Origin: a virus
Taxonomy: Duplodnaviria > Heunggongvirae > Uroviricota > Caudoviricetes
IMG/VR virus record: IMGVR_UViG_2541047944_000002
Coordinates: 1 to 44,087 of that record
DNA length: 44,087 nucleotides
Direction: 5' to 3' (one strand)
A model generated the notes under the pieces. The model was given only the letters and a program-made list of their open reading frames with translations. It ran no database searches and had not been told where the DNA came from. The translations under genes and the position numbers were made by a program. Below are positions 1 to 10,245 of this stretch, one piece after another. How positions within the stretch are numbered: position 1 is the stretch's first letter; the number at the start of each line of letters is the position of its first letter.

Positions 1-342
1 ATGATGAGAAAAAGTATTCTGGCGTTTCTGTTACTCACCAGTTCTGCAGCTGCGCTGGCGGCACCGCAGGTGATTACCGTCAGCCGTTTTGAAGTGGGTA
101 AAGACAAATGGGCGTTTAATCGCGAAGAGGTGATGCTGACTTGCCGACCGGGTAATGCTTTGTATGTCATTAACCCAAGTACCCTCGTGCAGTATCCTTT
201 AAACGATATCGCACAAAAGGAAGTTGCCAGTGGGAAGACTAAAGCCCAACCCATTTCGGTGATTCAGATTGATGATCCTAACAATCCCGGCGAAAAAATG
301 AGTCTGGCACCGTTTATAGAGCGAGCTGAAAAACTCTGTTAA
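1..342 (+). CDS. yebY: Host periplasmic protein YebY (DUF2511-like), full 113-aa ORF
   Basis: ORF with N-terminal signal peptide ([22 protein letters not shown]); sequence recalled from memory as E. coli YebY, the K-12 neighbour of pphA. No search run. Confidence 0.65.
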   Translation: MMRKSILAFLLLTSSAAALAAPQVITVSRFEVGKDKWAFNREEVMLTCRPGNALYVINPSTLVQYPLNDIAQKEVASGKTKAQPISVIQIDDPNNPGEKMSLAPFIERAEKLC

Positions 343-371
343 TTACCTAAAATAGCCTTTTGATTTCCAAT

Positions 372-412
372 AAAAAACCGCCTCAGTTCTTTCACCAGAA
401 CGGGCGGTTTTT
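372..412. terminator. Putative bidirectional terminator downstream of yebY
   Basis: A-run, inverted repeat ccgcc...ggcgg, then T-run (aaaaccgcc-N20-ggcggttttt). The loop is long, so weak. Confidence 0.4.
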
Positions 413-571
413 AACATTTAAGCTGATGACCACCACGCTTTTTATTGACCATTTTGCACGCAAACTGGAAAACCTGGCGTCGTCATCTATTCTTAAAGAG
501 CAAGGCAACTAAGCCTGCATTAATGCCAACTTTTAGCGCACGGCTCTCTCCCAAGAGCCATTTCCCTGGAC

Positions 572-601
572 CGAATACAGGAATCGTATTCGGTCTTTTT
601 T
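572..601. other. attL core (left copy of att direct repeat), within a hairpin plus T-run
   Basis: cgaatacaggaatcgtattcggtcttttttt matches 42990..43019 at about 27 of 30 positions. Perfect 10-bp inverted repeat gaccgaatac / gtattcggtc followed by a T-run. Confidence 0.55.
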
Positions 602-733
602 TAATTGTATTTAAAATCAATTGGTTACAAACGTCTCCCCGAAATTCCCCGAAATTTACTCGAATTTCTGTATTCCGGTCTTTTTTGGTTATATCACAAC
701 CAAAATACATTTAACAATCCATTTACGTTAAAA

Positions 734-1810
734 TCAGAGCAGTAAGTACGTTTTTTCTCTCTCATCAAGATACATTTTTGTTGTCTTCTCCGATGTGTGG
801 CCAAGTAGACGTTGAGCAAATTCTTCCCCACATGTTTCTTTGTACAATCGTCCAGCCAGGCTTCTGATCTCGTGAAAAGTTGGTGGGTTTTCACTGAACT
901 GGATACCTGTTAATTTTCTAGCTGCGACAAATTTTTTTGTCAGGCCGTCCGGGTGAATGCTGCCGTCAGGGCTGTTTTTTCTAATTCCGGCACTGATTAG
1001 ATAATCCCCCCGACTTACCATGCGGCACCGTTCAACTACTGCACCAAGCCGTAAACCAGCGACCGGAAGGCTGAGTGACAGGGGGATAGCAATCATCATT
1101 CCTGTCTTAATTTGCCTGATGTGGAGACGATCATCATAAATATCACTGAACCGCATATTCGTTATGTCTTCGCGACGTTGTCCTGTTACAAGGGCTAAGT
1201 CCATAGCTAATGGGAACCATGCCGGAAGTTGATCTGCTGCCTCCCTGATGCAGTTGTATGTCTTTAGTTTCAGCCGTTCTCTTGTAACTACTATTTTCGG
1301 TGCTCTTGTTGGCGTTACTGGATTTTGAGATATACGCCCTTCAACAATGGCTTCGCGGAACATATCAGATAACACAGAACGCATTGATCCTGCCATCGTG
1401 TTTTTCCCTCCTTCAATCCACAAATCAAGAAACTCGGCAATATGGCGAGTGGTTATTTCTGTCAGTAAGATCTCTCCTAATTTTTCTTTTATTGTTTCCA
1501 GTTGATTTCCCCGAATTTTATAAGTGTTTCTGGACACTTTTCTCCTTATAAGAATCGTTTTGTAACGTTCAATCCAGTCTGCCATAGTAAATGAGTCGAA
1601 CCCTTTAAGTTTTTCAATTAAGGCAGCAGGAGAGTAGTTTTTGTATATATAATGATTTGCTTCAATTGCCTGTGCGATTGCATCTCTTCTTGAAATTTTA
1701 CCTAGTGTAAATTCTTCTTTCGTCAGAGGGTTGCGCCAGTAATATGCTTTGTCCCTCCTTCGATATGTTAAGTTCCTAGGCAAATTGGGATCGTATTTTT
1801 TCCGCTGCAT
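734..1810 (-). CDS. int: Tyrosine site-specific integrase (lambda Int family)
   Basis: 358-aa ORF at the prophage end; C-terminal region resembles lambda Int catalytic domain ([15 protein letters not shown] motif as recalled); adjacent to att repeat. Confidence 0.9.
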   Translation of the reverse strand: MQRKKYDPNLPRNLTYRRRDKAYYWRNPLTKEEFTLGKISRRDAIAQAIEANHYIYKNYSPAALIEKLKGFDSFTMADWIERYKTILIRRKVSRNTYKIRGNQLETIKEKLGEILLTEITTRHIAEFLDLWIEGGKNTMAGSMRSVLSDMFREAIVEGRISQNPVTPTRAPKIVVTRERLKLKTYNCIREAADQLPAWFPLAMDLALVTGQRREDITNMRFSDIYDDRLHIRQIKTGMMIAIPLSLSLPVAGLRLGAVVERCRMVSRGDYLISAGIRKNSPDGSIHPDGLTKKFVAARKLTGIQFSENPPTFHEIRSLAGRLYKETCGEEFAQRLLGHTSEKTTKMYLDEREKTYLLL

Positions 1811-2063
1811 GTTTTAACTTCTCCAGTAACGGACTGTCTCTCCCTTGTCGCCCATTAGGCTGATGGTGTGTTATATCGGTATCAACCTTATTTGGGTTGA
1901 TATAGAAAGCCTCCGGAACCACCCTGTAACTCCTCCCGTGTAGTTCAGGTGCAGGATAAATGTTTCCATTCCTTGCCCATCGTCTCAGCGTTGATATTGA
2001 TGGTGGGTTATCCGGATATCTGAGTTTTCCCCACGTTTTGAGTGTCACAAGATTCATTGCCAT
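1776..2063 (-). CDS. xis: Excisionase-like small DNA-binding protein
   Basis: Small ORF immediately upstream of int and overlapping its start, the typical xis-int arrangement. Function inferred from position only. Confidence 0.5.
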   Translation of the reverse strand: MAMNLVTLKTWGKLRYPDNPPSISTLRRWARNGNIYPAPELHGRSYRVVPEAFYINPNKVDTDITHHQPNGRQGRDSPLLEKLKHAAEKIRSQFA

Positions 2064-2163
2064 ACCTCTTACGATATGACCGCCAGTAAATATACAGAAT
2101 ACTGGCGGGTGTGGTTGATTTTTAATAATCAGCTATGAAGTTCTAATTTGTATATAATGCAGC

Positions 2164-2352
2164 TCACGAGGACAGAAGTTTCTCGCAATTAAAATTTATC
2201 AGTTTTACTTTCTGCTCTCTGGAAACGCCTGCTTCTTTTTTCCCTGAGAGCATTTTTTCGCATTCTGATTTCGTTAATTTAGATTTTGAATATCTTGTCC
2301 AGTTAGTAGGTGTGCCACCTTCCTTTTCAATAGTGGCGGTAATTTTATACAT
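2164..2352 (-). CDS. Hypothetical protein, Rac YdaC-like (DUF1187)
   Basis: ORF with probable start at internal Met (MYKITATIEKEGG...); recalled similarity to Rac ydaC; synteny with lar. Confidence 0.45.
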   Translation of the reverse strand: MYKITATIEKEGGTPTNWTRYSKSKLTKSECEKMLSGKKEAGVSREQKVKLINFNCEKLLSS

Positions 2353-2539
2353 GAACACCTCCATTATTATTTCCAGTAGTTCGTTTATTCCATCTTGCAA
2401 GTGCTTCTTTTTCACTTCCACTATAGCCGGTTCGGGATTCGCACCCGTTACACTTCGCTCGGTAATATCCTGAAATGGCTTTCACCGTTACTGATGGACA
2501 ACCACAAAATGGACATGGTTTGACTTTTTCATACCGCAT
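2345..2539 (-). CDS. ralR: Restriction alleviation protein Lar/RalR family
   Basis: MRYEKVKPCPFCGCPSVTVKAISGYYRAKCNGCESRTGY...: Cys-rich Lar-family signature as recalled from Rac RalR. Confidence 0.7.
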   Translation of the reverse strand: MRYEKVKPCPFCGCPSVTVKAISGYYRAKCNGCESRTGYSGSEKEALARWNKRTTGNNNGGVHV

Positions 2540-2602
2540 TGTCTTTTCTCTCATAAAATAAAGTTTTGTTATGGCGGCGAGGCTACACCGCCATAGTAAA
2601 TA

Positions 2603-3655
2603 TCAGGAGCCGATATATTCTGGTTTCATATCTGTCAGTGTCGTTTTATACGCCTCATATAATTCTCCCAGATGTGGTCGTGCAGCATTCAGCGTATTTT
2701 CCAGAGCAGTAAATTTTTGTTCTGCTTCCGGATCACCTGATGAAGGCAGGTCATTTATCATCTTCTCAATACGGGCAATAGCATTGAGACGGTGATGACG
2801 CTGAACCACTTTTCCTTTAAGTTCCGTATAGAGAGCGCCAAGTGTATTTTTATGCTCTTCCACTTCCTGCCGAAGTGCTGTTGTTTCTCCGGTGCTTTGT
2901 GCCTGCTCAATACGTTCACGGAAAGCACTGATCCAGTTTTCCCCGACATCCTGCTCAATAATTGTTGTTTCACGTTCCGCACGGCAGGCGGATGTGTTTT
3001 TATGTTCCTGAACCGGATTAATGATTTTTTCCTGTGGTTCGTCCAGTTCGTCCCGGGTGTACACTCCAAGAATCACTTCAGGGCAATAAAGGCGCGCCCA
3101 GCGTTTCAGTGCCAGATAGGCAAGCTGCTGACGAGGATCATCGGCCCATAACGTTGAGTTACGTGTTCTGGCCTGCGCCAGAAGTAACTCCAGTACGCGT
3201 GGTTTGCTCTCTCCGCGTAGTGTTGCCTGGACGCGAACTCCGATCCCGTTTTCATCGACCAGCTTCCAGCCAGGTACACGATATTCTTTCCCTTTGTCGT
3301 TCTTCCTGATTTCAAATTTCCCGATAATTTTTTCCCACGGCCCGAACCAGTCATATTCAATACGCCCGGTTAACGGCCCACGAGTACTGATTACGGCATT
3401 AACCAGTTGCGCTTCATATCCGAGTACACCATTCACAACGAAAGTTTTCTGAGCTACTGCGTAAGGGTTCATTTGCCACTGCATCGCCTGCATGGTGATG
3501 GCCATGCAGTCTGATGGATTTCCCCGGAGGTGTTCCGGTACAGTAGCCATGCCGGAAGCCATTACCTGAGAAAACGTCTGAATTGCAGCCAGAGACTGAG
3601 GGCTGAAAACCGCAACATTAGAGTTAATATTTTCTTGTTGAGTTAATTCGTTCAT
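2603..3655 (-). CDS. recT: RecT/Bet-family single-strand annealing recombinase
   Basis: 350-aa ORF with GGAGG-type RBS, directly downstream of the recE-like exonuclease in Rac-like order. Family call from synteny plus general resemblance, not a verified alignment. Confidence 0.6.
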   Translation of the reverse strand: MNELTQQENINSNVAVFSPQSLAAIQTFSQVMASGMATVPEHLRGNPSDCMAITMQAMQWQMNPYAVAQKTFVVNGVLGYEAQLVNAVISTRGPLTGRIEYDWFGPWEKIIGKFEIRKNDKGKEYRVPGWKLVDENGIGVRVQATLRGESKPRVLELLLAQARTRNSTLWADDPRQQLAYLALKRWARLYCPEVILGVYTRDELDEPQEKIINPVQEHKNTSACRAERETTIIEQDVGENWISAFRERIEQAQSTGETTALRQEVEEHKNTLGALYTELKGKVVQRHHRLNAIARIEKMINDLPSSGDPEAEQKFTALENTLNAARPHLGELYEAYKTTLTDMKPEYIGS

Positions 3656-3666
3656 TGTGTCCTTCC

Positions 3667-6600
3667 TCAGATGCTCAGTGCTTCAAGACGACGAAGATCA
3701 AAGTCGTTTAATTCGTCGGTATAACTTTCGGTAATCGGTGCTGGCCAGTTGTTTGTCTCCAGCGCTTCGTTTATCTGGTGTAGCGTCCGGCGATATTCCT
3801 GTCGACCAAGTTCAAGGAGTTCCTGCGAGGCTTCCACGACTGCCACCCAGTGATAGCCAGCATCTTTGTTGACGAAGATCCAGAAAAATTTGTCCAGGTT
3901 TGCCACATCGCAATACATTGCGGCGCTGAGGTGATAATCACGCTCAATAATTTCACGGTGCAGGCGATCTTTAAGTCGTTCCTGCCGCACATAACCGAGG
4001 CTGACTGACTTCACGTCAGCGCAAATGCTTTCGTATGGCAGCCGGATTTCGATATCAGGACGGACCCTGATTTCCAGCCCGGTTTCTTCATCAAACCCGA
4101 AATAGCTGATTTCAGATTTGCGATCCGGGTGGTTGAGTAGCCTTGCTGCATCGGTATTGTTTTGCAGTGCCGCGTGAATATTTTTTGCCTGTTCATACAT
4201 ATCCGGACTGATAAACGTTTTCCCGGCGTTTTCTTCTTGCTGGCGTTTTTGCCAGTCCTCCAGTGTCACCAGTTCCGGGCGAATTTTCCGTGCGATTTCG
4301 GTTAATTGCTCTTTTGTGCCACTGATGTTGTAAGGCAAAGATTTAGCACGTTCTTTTTTTGCCAGTTCTGGATCTACAGTTTCAATTTGATCCAGAAGCT
4401 GCTCCCGTGCTCCACTGGTTTTCAACAGAGGAGGGAGGCTTGCGTTGTATTCTTTAATACAGGCTTTCATTGCTGATGCTGTGTGTTTTTCCCCCTCAGG
4501 AATACGCCGAAATTCCACCGGAAGCGAACCGTAAAGGATGCCTGTTTCTTCGGCCCCAGCACTTACAGACAGTGGCTGTATAAGAGTGCTGTTGTAGCTT
4601 TCGATCCACTCTTTCATCTGCTCTGGTGTCATCAGTGCTGGCAGACTGGCATTGTGTTTTTTAATGATGGCGATCAGTTCGTTAGAAGTAGTAACCACAT
4701 ATTCAGGAACCGGTACCGGAATGGCATATTCATCAGCGAATTTATCCGTTTCCAGAACATAGCTGTGAATGATCCGCCCACGCAGCAGTGCATCACTTTC
4801 CTCGTTCGGAATAGTTCCGGCAATGTGCCGCCCGTGGTAATACATCAGGCTGATACGGGCATCCTTCAGCATCGTGCTGCTTATTCCGTTGGCGGAGTGA
4901 TAAACCTCGTTCGGGAGGTTTTCATAGCGGCCTGGCTCGAAATATGACGGCCACATGATTTCAGTTGCTACAGGAGCTGACGCTTCGCCAGTTTCATCAC
5001 TGCAATTGCGATGCGGATCGCTGTCAGCATTCTCATTGTGCGGATGTTCAGCGCCTTCCATTTTCTCCGGCTCATTTTCCCGAACTTCAACCTGATTCTC
5101 GTCATCGAATGTTTCCTGATATGTTGCGTCGCCCATCACCGCACCACAGTCAGGGCAGTTATCCCCGCCAGACTGACCGCAGGCATTGCAAACTTTTTCC
5201 ACTTCCTGTTGCGCCACTGGTTCAGGCTGTTTCGTTTCTGGCTCGTTTTGTAACGCATTTGGGCTGTTTTGTTCCGCTTTCTGGTCGTTCTGTTCCGATT
5301 CTTGTTGGTTCTGGTTCACTGAATCGCGGGTTTCAATCCCCTTCACCCATTTCGGATCATTCGGGTCGCTAATCCCCTCAACAAATTCTCCGCGAGAGGC
5401 AGCCAGCAATTTGTCGGCATCGACAGGATTTTTGGGCGGAATGGTTTTCCGGGCTTCATGAAGTTCTGCCCGCAGTTTCTGATATTTCGCATCAACAGAA
5501 TTTACCTGTGACTGAGCATCCAGCGGCTGCGTGTCCTGATGATGTTCAGTTGCATCCGGTTCCACTGTTTCAGCCGTTGCCTGTTCATCTGCCATTGCGC
5601 AAGATGGTTGCGGTTTTTCTTCATCATCCTGTTTTTCTTCTTCTGTTACCCGCTGCGGCATCGGGGCAGAGGAGCGACCGCAGGCAATATCCACGATTTC
5701 CGGATCAGGGTTGGCATGATCGGTTTCAGTCAGTACTTTGTTCAGATATTCAGTGACGTGTGCGGGGATAACCTCGATCCCAATTGGTGCTTCTTTTACG
5801 GACGCAACCACGATGGCGCGGGAATAATCCAGCCCGCCAGGCATGGCGATGAATTTGTCGCGGAAAACAGAAAAGGGCGGTTTATTTTCAGCGATAATTT
5901 CCTCGACACGTTTAGCGTGTGCCGGATGAAGGTTATAAATGTCCACGTCCATTGAACGGGCCAGTACGCCAGTGGCTACATCGCGTGCCAGTGACGTCAG
6001 ATCGTGGACGAAACCTTCGCCGCGATCGGTGAGGTTCCCGCCGCCAGCATTAGCACCGGAAGCCGTGCGAGTGATGCGTGAAACACGATTTCCTTTCATC
6101 CACTCTTTTGTCAGCAGACCGCGATCGGTGTAGTCTGCGTCCAGGTATGCTTCGAAAAAAGCAGTCATCAGCCCCAGACTTGAATTGCCTGGATTAGGGA
6201 AAACTTTGTCAGTATCACGAACCAGTCTGTGAAGATCGCGAATCTCCAGCAGGTCGAGCAGGCTGGTTTTGTGGGAAACAGCCAGGGCAGTAACAGCTGG
6301 TAGTTCTTCAGCCCGTGCAATATGTAATGTCTGGAGTTCGTCGCGTGAAACGTGCGTTACCGGTTTTTCGCTGCCGTGTTGAGCAAGCCAGCGAATGGGC
6401 AGCTCTTGGCCAGAAATCGGGAGTAGCATATTCTCCTCAATCTCAGTCATGTCTTCGCCATTAACATTGGTATTGTCAGTGCTGGCTGGTTTGTCCTGCG
6501 CAGAGGATGAGGGCGCGATAAATACCATTGTGATGCCATCTTCCCCGCCTTTTTCGTAACGGTTGCAGAATTCCGTATCAAATACGCCTTCTGGTGGAAG

Positions 6601-6813
6601 GTCATCAACAACGGGCAAATTGACGCGAACAGGTTTTTTAAAGTCATCTTCATCGTAGCCAGCATCGTCAATCGCAACAGCACCACGGGAGATGGCAATG
6701 GATAATTTTTTCGCTTCAGCCCAGTAGAAACCGCCTTTAATACCGAGACGTTTTCTTACTTTGTCATTTTTTGCTTCGTAATACAGTGGGTAAACTTGTT
6801 TATCGGTGCTCAT
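3667..6813 (-). CDS. recE: Exodeoxyribonuclease VIII (RecE)-like, enlarged 1048-aa form
   Basis: Long ORF upstream of recT-like gene; C-terminal nuclease region and Rac-like context; contains acidic low-complexity stretches and a Cys-rich segment ([16 protein letters not shown]). Confidence 0.65.
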   Translation of the reverse strand: MSTDKQVYPLYYEAKNDKVRKRLGIKGGFYWAEAKKLSIAISRGAVAIDDAGYDEDDFKKPVRVNLPVVDDLPPEGVFDTEFCNRYEKGGEDGITMVFIAPSSSAQDKPASTDNTNVNGEDMTEIEENMLLPISGQELPIRWLAQHGSEKPVTHVSRDELQTLHIARAEELPAVTALAVSHKTSLLDLLEIRDLHRLVRDTDKVFPNPGNSSLGLMTAFFEAYLDADYTDRGLLTKEWMKGNRVSRITRTASGANAGGGNLTDRGEGFVHDLTSLARDVATGVLARSMDVDIYNLHPAHAKRVEEIIAENKPPFSVFRDKFIAMPGGLDYSRAIVVASVKEAPIGIEVIPAHVTEYLNKVLTETDHANPDPEIVDIACGRSSAPMPQRVTEEEKQDDEEKPQPSCAMADEQATAETVEPDATEHHQDTQPLDAQSQVNSVDAKYQKLRAELHEARKTIPPKNPVDADKLLAASRGEFVEGISDPNDPKWVKGIETRDSVNQNQQESEQNDQKAEQNSPNALQNEPETKQPEPVAQQEVEKVCNACGQSGGDNCPDCGAVMGDATYQETFDDENQVEVRENEPEKMEGAEHPHNENADSDPHRNCSDETGEASAPVATEIMWPSYFEPGRYENLPNEVYHSANGISSTMLKDARISLMYYHGRHIAGTIPNEESDALLRGRIIHSYVLETDKFADEYAIPVPVPEYVVTTSNELIAIIKKHNASLPALMTPEQMKEWIESYNSTLIQPLSVSAGAEETGILYGSLPVEFRRIPEGEKHTASAMKACIKEYNASLPPLLKTSGAREQLLDQIETVDPELAKKERAKSLPYNISGTKEQLTEIARKIRPELVTLEDWQKRQQEENAGKTFISPDMYEQAKNIHAALQNNTDAARLLNHPDRKSEISYFGFDEETGLEIRVRPDIEIRLPYESICADVKSVSLGYVRQERLKDRLHREIIERDYHLSAAMYCDVANLDKFFWIFVNKDAGYHWVAVVEASQELLELGRQEYRRTLHQINEALETNNWPAPITESYTDELNDFDLRRLEALSI

Positions 6814-6883
6814 TGTTTTTTAACCTCAACTCAGATTAAAATTACTGCGAGTGATGAATAAATGTCCCAGGTTCTTCACTCAG

Positions 6884-6914
6884 GCCTGCACAGTGTGCAG
6901 GCTTTCTTTTTTTC
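6884..6914 (+). terminator. Plus-strand-oriented intrinsic terminator in the racC-recE intergenic region
   Basis: gcctgcaca-g-tgtgcaggc stem followed by tttcttttttt; the reverse complement lacks a U-run. Confidence 0.4.
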
Positions 6915-7188
6915 AGATTTCACCTTTTAATTTCATTGCAATCAGAGTTGCCAGAAATTCGGCTTTTTTTTCTGCTGGCAGATTCTTTCCTATGTGCACC
7001 AGACACATTTTTTTAACACCATCGTTAAGTGTTTTAACGTTGCCTGATGGACCGTCGATATCAACCACAGTGAATGGGGTTTCTTTATTTTCTGTCTTAA
7101 TCACGTAGCCAATACGCTTTCCTTCTAGGCTGACTTCGTGAACAATGTCATCAGTAGTAACAACAGTGGCTTCATAACTGGTAATCAT
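6913..7188 (-). CDS. RacC-like protein
   Basis: ORF beginning MITSYEATVV with AAGGAG RBS; recalled similarity to Rac racC; position upstream of recE. Confidence 0.5.
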   Translation of the reverse strand: MITSYEATVVTTDDIVHEVSLEGKRIGYVIKTENKETPFTVVDIDGPSGNVKTLNDGVKKMCLVHIGKNLPAEKKAEFLATLIAMKLKGEI

Positions 7189-7262
7189 GTTTTTCTCCTT
7201 AATTAAGGTTGAGCGAATCCCTGCCATTGCTGGCATAAATTCAGTTTCGGATAGTCAGTTAA

Positions 7263-7439
7263 TTAAAGTTCGTGTGCCATCTGGTCTTTTTCGGCACAGA
7301 TTTCACTACAATATTTTTTCATTTCCGTCGTTGGTATAACTCCACGCATGAAATGAAGTGGTCTTGTAATGATTTTGCTTTCTTCAATTTCTTTATTGCA
7401 AAGGTGATAAGCACATTTTATTTTCTTAGTCATTACCAT
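7263..7439 (-). CDS. Small zinc-binding protein, Rac YdaE-like (58 aa; below ORF-track cutoff)
   Basis: Found by manual translation: [21 protein letters not shown]...[15 protein letters not shown]; Cys pairs; sits between the racC-like and kilR-like genes as in Rac. Confidence 0.45.
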   Translation of the reverse strand: MVMTKKIKCAYHLCNKEIEESKIITRPLHFMRGVIPTTEMKKYCSEICAEKDQMAHEL

Positions 7440-7654
7440 GACTCCGCCTTTACAGGTAAACCATCACGACCGAGGAAGACTTTAATCATGCAGTCAGAAA
7501 TGCATGTTTTTGTAGTCAGGCTACGAATATAAAGTTTTCGCTTTTTAATATTGTTTGCCGAGGCGATATATGTCCGACCTTCATGAAGAACATAATCGCC
7601 AGGGGTCACACACTGACGTGGTATTTCATCAGTTCCGAAGTGATGAGCAATCAT
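7433..7654 (-). CDS. kilR: KilR-like cell-division inhibitor
   Basis: 73-aa ORF from internal Met with GGAG RBS ([29 protein letters not shown]...); recalled as Rac KilR; kil position in the leftward early operon. Confidence 0.55.
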   Translation of the reverse strand: MIAHHFGTDEIPRQCVTPGDYVLHEGRTYIASANNIKKRKLYIRSLTTKTCISDCMIKVFLGRDGLPVKAESW

Positions 7655-8051
7655 AATTATCTCCATTTTTACAAATGAATTTTGTCGATGCGGTGCCTGG
7701 TGCCTCCAGGTGACGTTAACCAGTTAACAATTAACGCCGGATAATCCACCCATAACACTGATGCTTTTAACTGTGCCGCGTGCGCTTAGCCGCATTCACC
7801 GCATCACAAAATTCACTTTAAAAAGGGCGGACATCAGCCGAACTTCAAGAAAAAAACTGATGCCGCCAGGACTACACACAGCAATGTCGTTATTTACAAC
7901 CGGAGGCGCACTCACACCATTTAAATTTAACAGACAAGACCGACTCTTTATGAATACCGGAAATGCGCCTTCGTGTTGTGCCCGGTTTTATTTCACCACC
8001 TCCGGGCTTTGGTGGTATCTTTACTGAAGTTCTCACACAACCAGTAAGGAA

Positions 8052-8348
8052 ATGAATATGCCAACGTATCTCGCCAGAGTAGAACTATATAATGCTGAGC
8101 CAGAGGATTACGAAGGGCTTCATAAATATATGCTCTCACTAGGATTCAGGAGAACGATCCCCCATGGAGATGGTTCGTATAATCAACTCCCGGACGGAAC
8201 TTATGTTTCCGAAAAGGGCGGTGATATTTATCAAATTCGCAGCCAGATATCTGACTATGCAGACCTACTATCCAGGTATCGCGCGTCTGTTTTTGTTTGC
8301 GAATTCAGTCAATGCGCATGGTATTTATACCCCGCCAAGACCCGGTGA
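8052..8348 (+). CDS. Hypothetical soluble protein at the sieB-equivalent locus
   Basis: 98-aa ORF with AAGGA RBS, opposite in orientation to the surrounding leftward operon, between kil and the repressor; no recognisable family. Confidence 0.5.
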   Translation: MNMPTYLARVELYNAEPEDYEGLHKYMLSLGFRRTIPHGDGSYNQLPDGTYVSEKGGDIYQIRSQISDYADLLSRYRASVFVCEFSQCAWYLYPAKTR

Positions 8349-8537
8349 ATATCCTGCACGGCCTTCTGCTTTGTAGAAGGCTTCTTCGCTATCATAATCG
8401 CCAGATTCCAGTGCTTCTTTAGCCAGCCAGATGCGTGCCCCTGTGCCTGCATTTGGCTCCAGTTGCTGGAGGCGTTTTGCATCTTCCAGGAGTAGAGCGA
8501 TAACGTGTTTTAATTCTGTCTCGTTCATTTTACTCAC
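8325..8537 (-). CDS. Hypothetical small protein (Rac YdaF-like position)
   Basis: Small ORF downstream of the repressor gene on the same strand; name by position only. Confidence 0.4.
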   Translation of the reverse strand: MSKMNETELKHVIALLLEDAKRLQQLEPNAGTGARIWLAKEALESGDYDSEEAFYKAEGRAGYSPGLGGV

Positions 8538-8748
8538 CTGAATGTCTTCCCAACCAACGACGTGCGCCAGCTTCGGTTTTAAACGTTTTGCTTTTGGTAT
8601 ACGTCATGGCGGTGAATGTGCCGTCCTGATTGGGAAACACGCCACATACCAGAGATTCGTTGTTGCCAAGATCGATAGTATCCATGTTGACCTCATTTCC
8701 CCTTAACGCCGGGTGGCGGAACGTTTTATCTACTGCGCTTTGTATCAA
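8530..8748 (-). CDS. Hypothetical small protein (Rac YdaG-like position)
   Basis: Small ORF overlapping the previous one by 8 nt on the same strand. Confidence 0.4.
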   Translation of the reverse strand: MIQSAVDKTFRHPALRGNEVNMDTIDLGNNESLVCGVFPNQDGTFTAMTYTKSKTFKTEAGARRWLGRHSGE

Positions 8749-8937
8749 TCAACAACTGCCGTCATGTTCGTATGCCTCAGGCTGGCTACTTAGCCCTGTT
8801 CAGTGGCTGGATAACTCGAGGTATTGTCCTGCCGTTCTCTGGTGGGGCGTTGTTTGGATATGCTTATTAAACACAATGCGTTTTCTTATGTCAACACGAA
8901 ATGTGTTTTGCGGTGAGTGTCATATGATGATGGTACA

Positions 8938-8963
8938 AAAAAGCCCGCTGATAGCGGGCTGAT
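8938..8963 (-). terminator. Intrinsic terminator downstream of the repressor gene
   Basis: Minus strand reads agcccgc-tatca-gcgggct followed by tttttt. Confidence 0.55.
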
Positions 8964-8990
8964 TGGCATATTACTGTGATAGCAAGATCA

Positions 8991-9410
8991 TTACTCCGGT
9001 GGGGGATTATCTTTAAGCCTGCCTCTCAAATATTTTTCTACATACTCATCGATTTCTTTTAGCCGGACTTCAAATAGCTCAATCATTCGTTGTTGTTCTG
9101 AGCCCGGTAGCTGGTTAAACAACTCAAGAAGTTTTCGTTGGGATTCATTTAACCACAATTCAGAAGATTCCTGTTCTCCAAAGAGGAGCTCAGGGGGAGA
9201 TATGCCAAGTGCCTTTCCCAATACGACAGCGTCATGCACTCCAACATTTCTGCTGCCCGCCTCATAGTTACCTATACGCGATTGCGTCCATCCGCAGATT
9301 TCAGCAAGTTTTCCTTGAGATAAACCAAGCTTCTGCCTGCGCTCTTTAAGACGCATTGCAATTTTGTCATTGAGCCTACTAGCGGCAATTTTTTCGTTTT
9401 CTTTTTCCAT
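8991..9410 (-). CDS. Phage repressor, HTH XRE family (cI/RacR-like)
   Basis: HTH motif (LGLSQGKLAEICGWTQSRIGNYE); divergent from a Cro-like gene across an operator-bearing intergenic region. Confidence 0.8.
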   Translation of the reverse strand: MEKENEKIAASRLNDKIAMRLKERRQKLGLSQGKLAEICGWTQSRIGNYEAGSRNVGVHDAVVLGKALGISPPELLFGEQESSELWLNESQRKLLELFNQLPGSEQQRMIELFEVRLKEIDEYVEKYLRGRLKDNPPPE

Positions 9411-9421
9411 TGCATCCTTGT

Positions 9422-9488
9422 ATCACGAATCGTGATTTACATAAAACACAAAACAGCTTGACCATATAACACAAGGTGTGTTTAAAAT
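9422..9488. promoter_or_regulatory. Immunity-region operators and rightward early promoter
   Basis: 15-bp perfect palindrome atcacgaatcgtgat (9422..9436); second palindrome aacacaa-g-gtgtgtt (9468..9482) overlapping a TTGACC (9458..9463) / TAAAAT promoter. Confidence 0.5.
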
Positions 9489-9506
9489 TGTCATCGGAGG
9501 TTTTCA

Positions 9507-9749
9507 ATGAACAAAATTTCAACATATCGAAAACAGCTTGGGTTGTCTCAAAGACAACTCGCTGTTCAGTTAGGGTGGATACAAAGCCGACTGGCAAATT
9601 ACGAAGCAAATTTTCGTACCCCAGGACTAGAGGAGTGCAGAAAAATTGTTTCTACCCTTAATCGGCTTGGCGCTCATTGTGGACTTGACGATGTATTCCC
9701 CCCAGACGGTAAGCATAGCGAAAACAGCATAGGAGCGGTTGATTCATGA
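9507..9749 (+). CDS. Cro-like HTH regulator (YdaS-like)
   Basis: HTH motif (LGLSQRQLAVQLGWIQSRLANYE); GGAGG RBS; divergent from repressor. Confidence 0.7.
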   Translation: MNKISTYRKQLGLSQRQLAVQLGWIQSRLANYEANFRTPGLEECRKIVSTLNRLGAHCGLDDVFPPDGKHSENSIGAVDS

Positions 9750-10168
9750 AAATCAGGCATGAGCACATCGAATCAGTGCTGTTAGCCCTGGCAGCCGAAA
9801 AAGGGCAGGCGTGGGTCGCTAACGCAATTACTGAAGAATATCTCCGCCAGGGGGGAGGTGAATTGTCTCTGACACCAGGCAAGGACTGGAACAATCAGCA
9901 GAATATCTATCACCGTTGGTTGAAAGGTGAAACGAAAGCGCAAAGGGAAAAAATTCAGAAACTGATCCCTGCGGTTCTGGCAATTCTTCCGCGCGAGCTG
10001 CGTCACCGACTCTGCATCTTCGATACCCTGGAACGCCGTGCATTACTGGCGGCGCAGGAAGCGTTGAGTACGGCAATTGATGCGCATGATGATGCAGTCC
10101 AGGCCGTTTACCGGAAAGCACATTTCAGCGGTGGTGGGTCGCCCGGCGATTCTGTCGTAGTGCATTGA
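9746..10168 (+). CDS. YdaT-like protein (cII-position regulator / putative toxin family)
   Basis: 140-aa ORF translationally coupled to the Cro-like gene (ATGA overlap); recalled similarity to Rac YdaT. Confidence 0.55.
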   Translation: MKIRHEHIESVLLALAAEKGQAWVANAITEEYLRQGGGELSLTPGKDWNNQQNIYHRWLKGETKAQREKIQKLIPAVLAILPRELRHRLCIFDTLERRALLAAQEALSTAIDAHDDAVQAVYRKAHFSGGGSPGDSVVVH

Positions 10169-10245
10169 TTGAAATTAATCGTGCCGGATTGTTTTGTTCG
10201 GTATCAGTTAAATGTAACGCTGTGAGCGTTACAAGGTGAAAACAA

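Noticed and set aside
445-714. Plus-strand 89-aa and minus-strand 75-aa ORFs in the left att region
   Set aside because: They overlap the att core and arm repeats, have no RBS and low-complexity products; most likely non-coding.
4483-6133. Several plus-strand ORFs (154, 135, 80, 91, 82, 138 and 64 aa) inside recE
   Set aside because: All lie antisense to a long, well-supported gene with no RBS; typical spurious antisense frames.
7761-8027. 88-aa plus-strand ORF in the kilR-upstream non-coding region
   Set aside because: Non-ATG start, no RBS and low-complexity product; more likely regulatory DNA.
9828-10121. Minus-strand ORFs overlapping ydaT and the Cro-like gene
   Set aside because: Antisense to well-supported coupled genes, with no independent signals.
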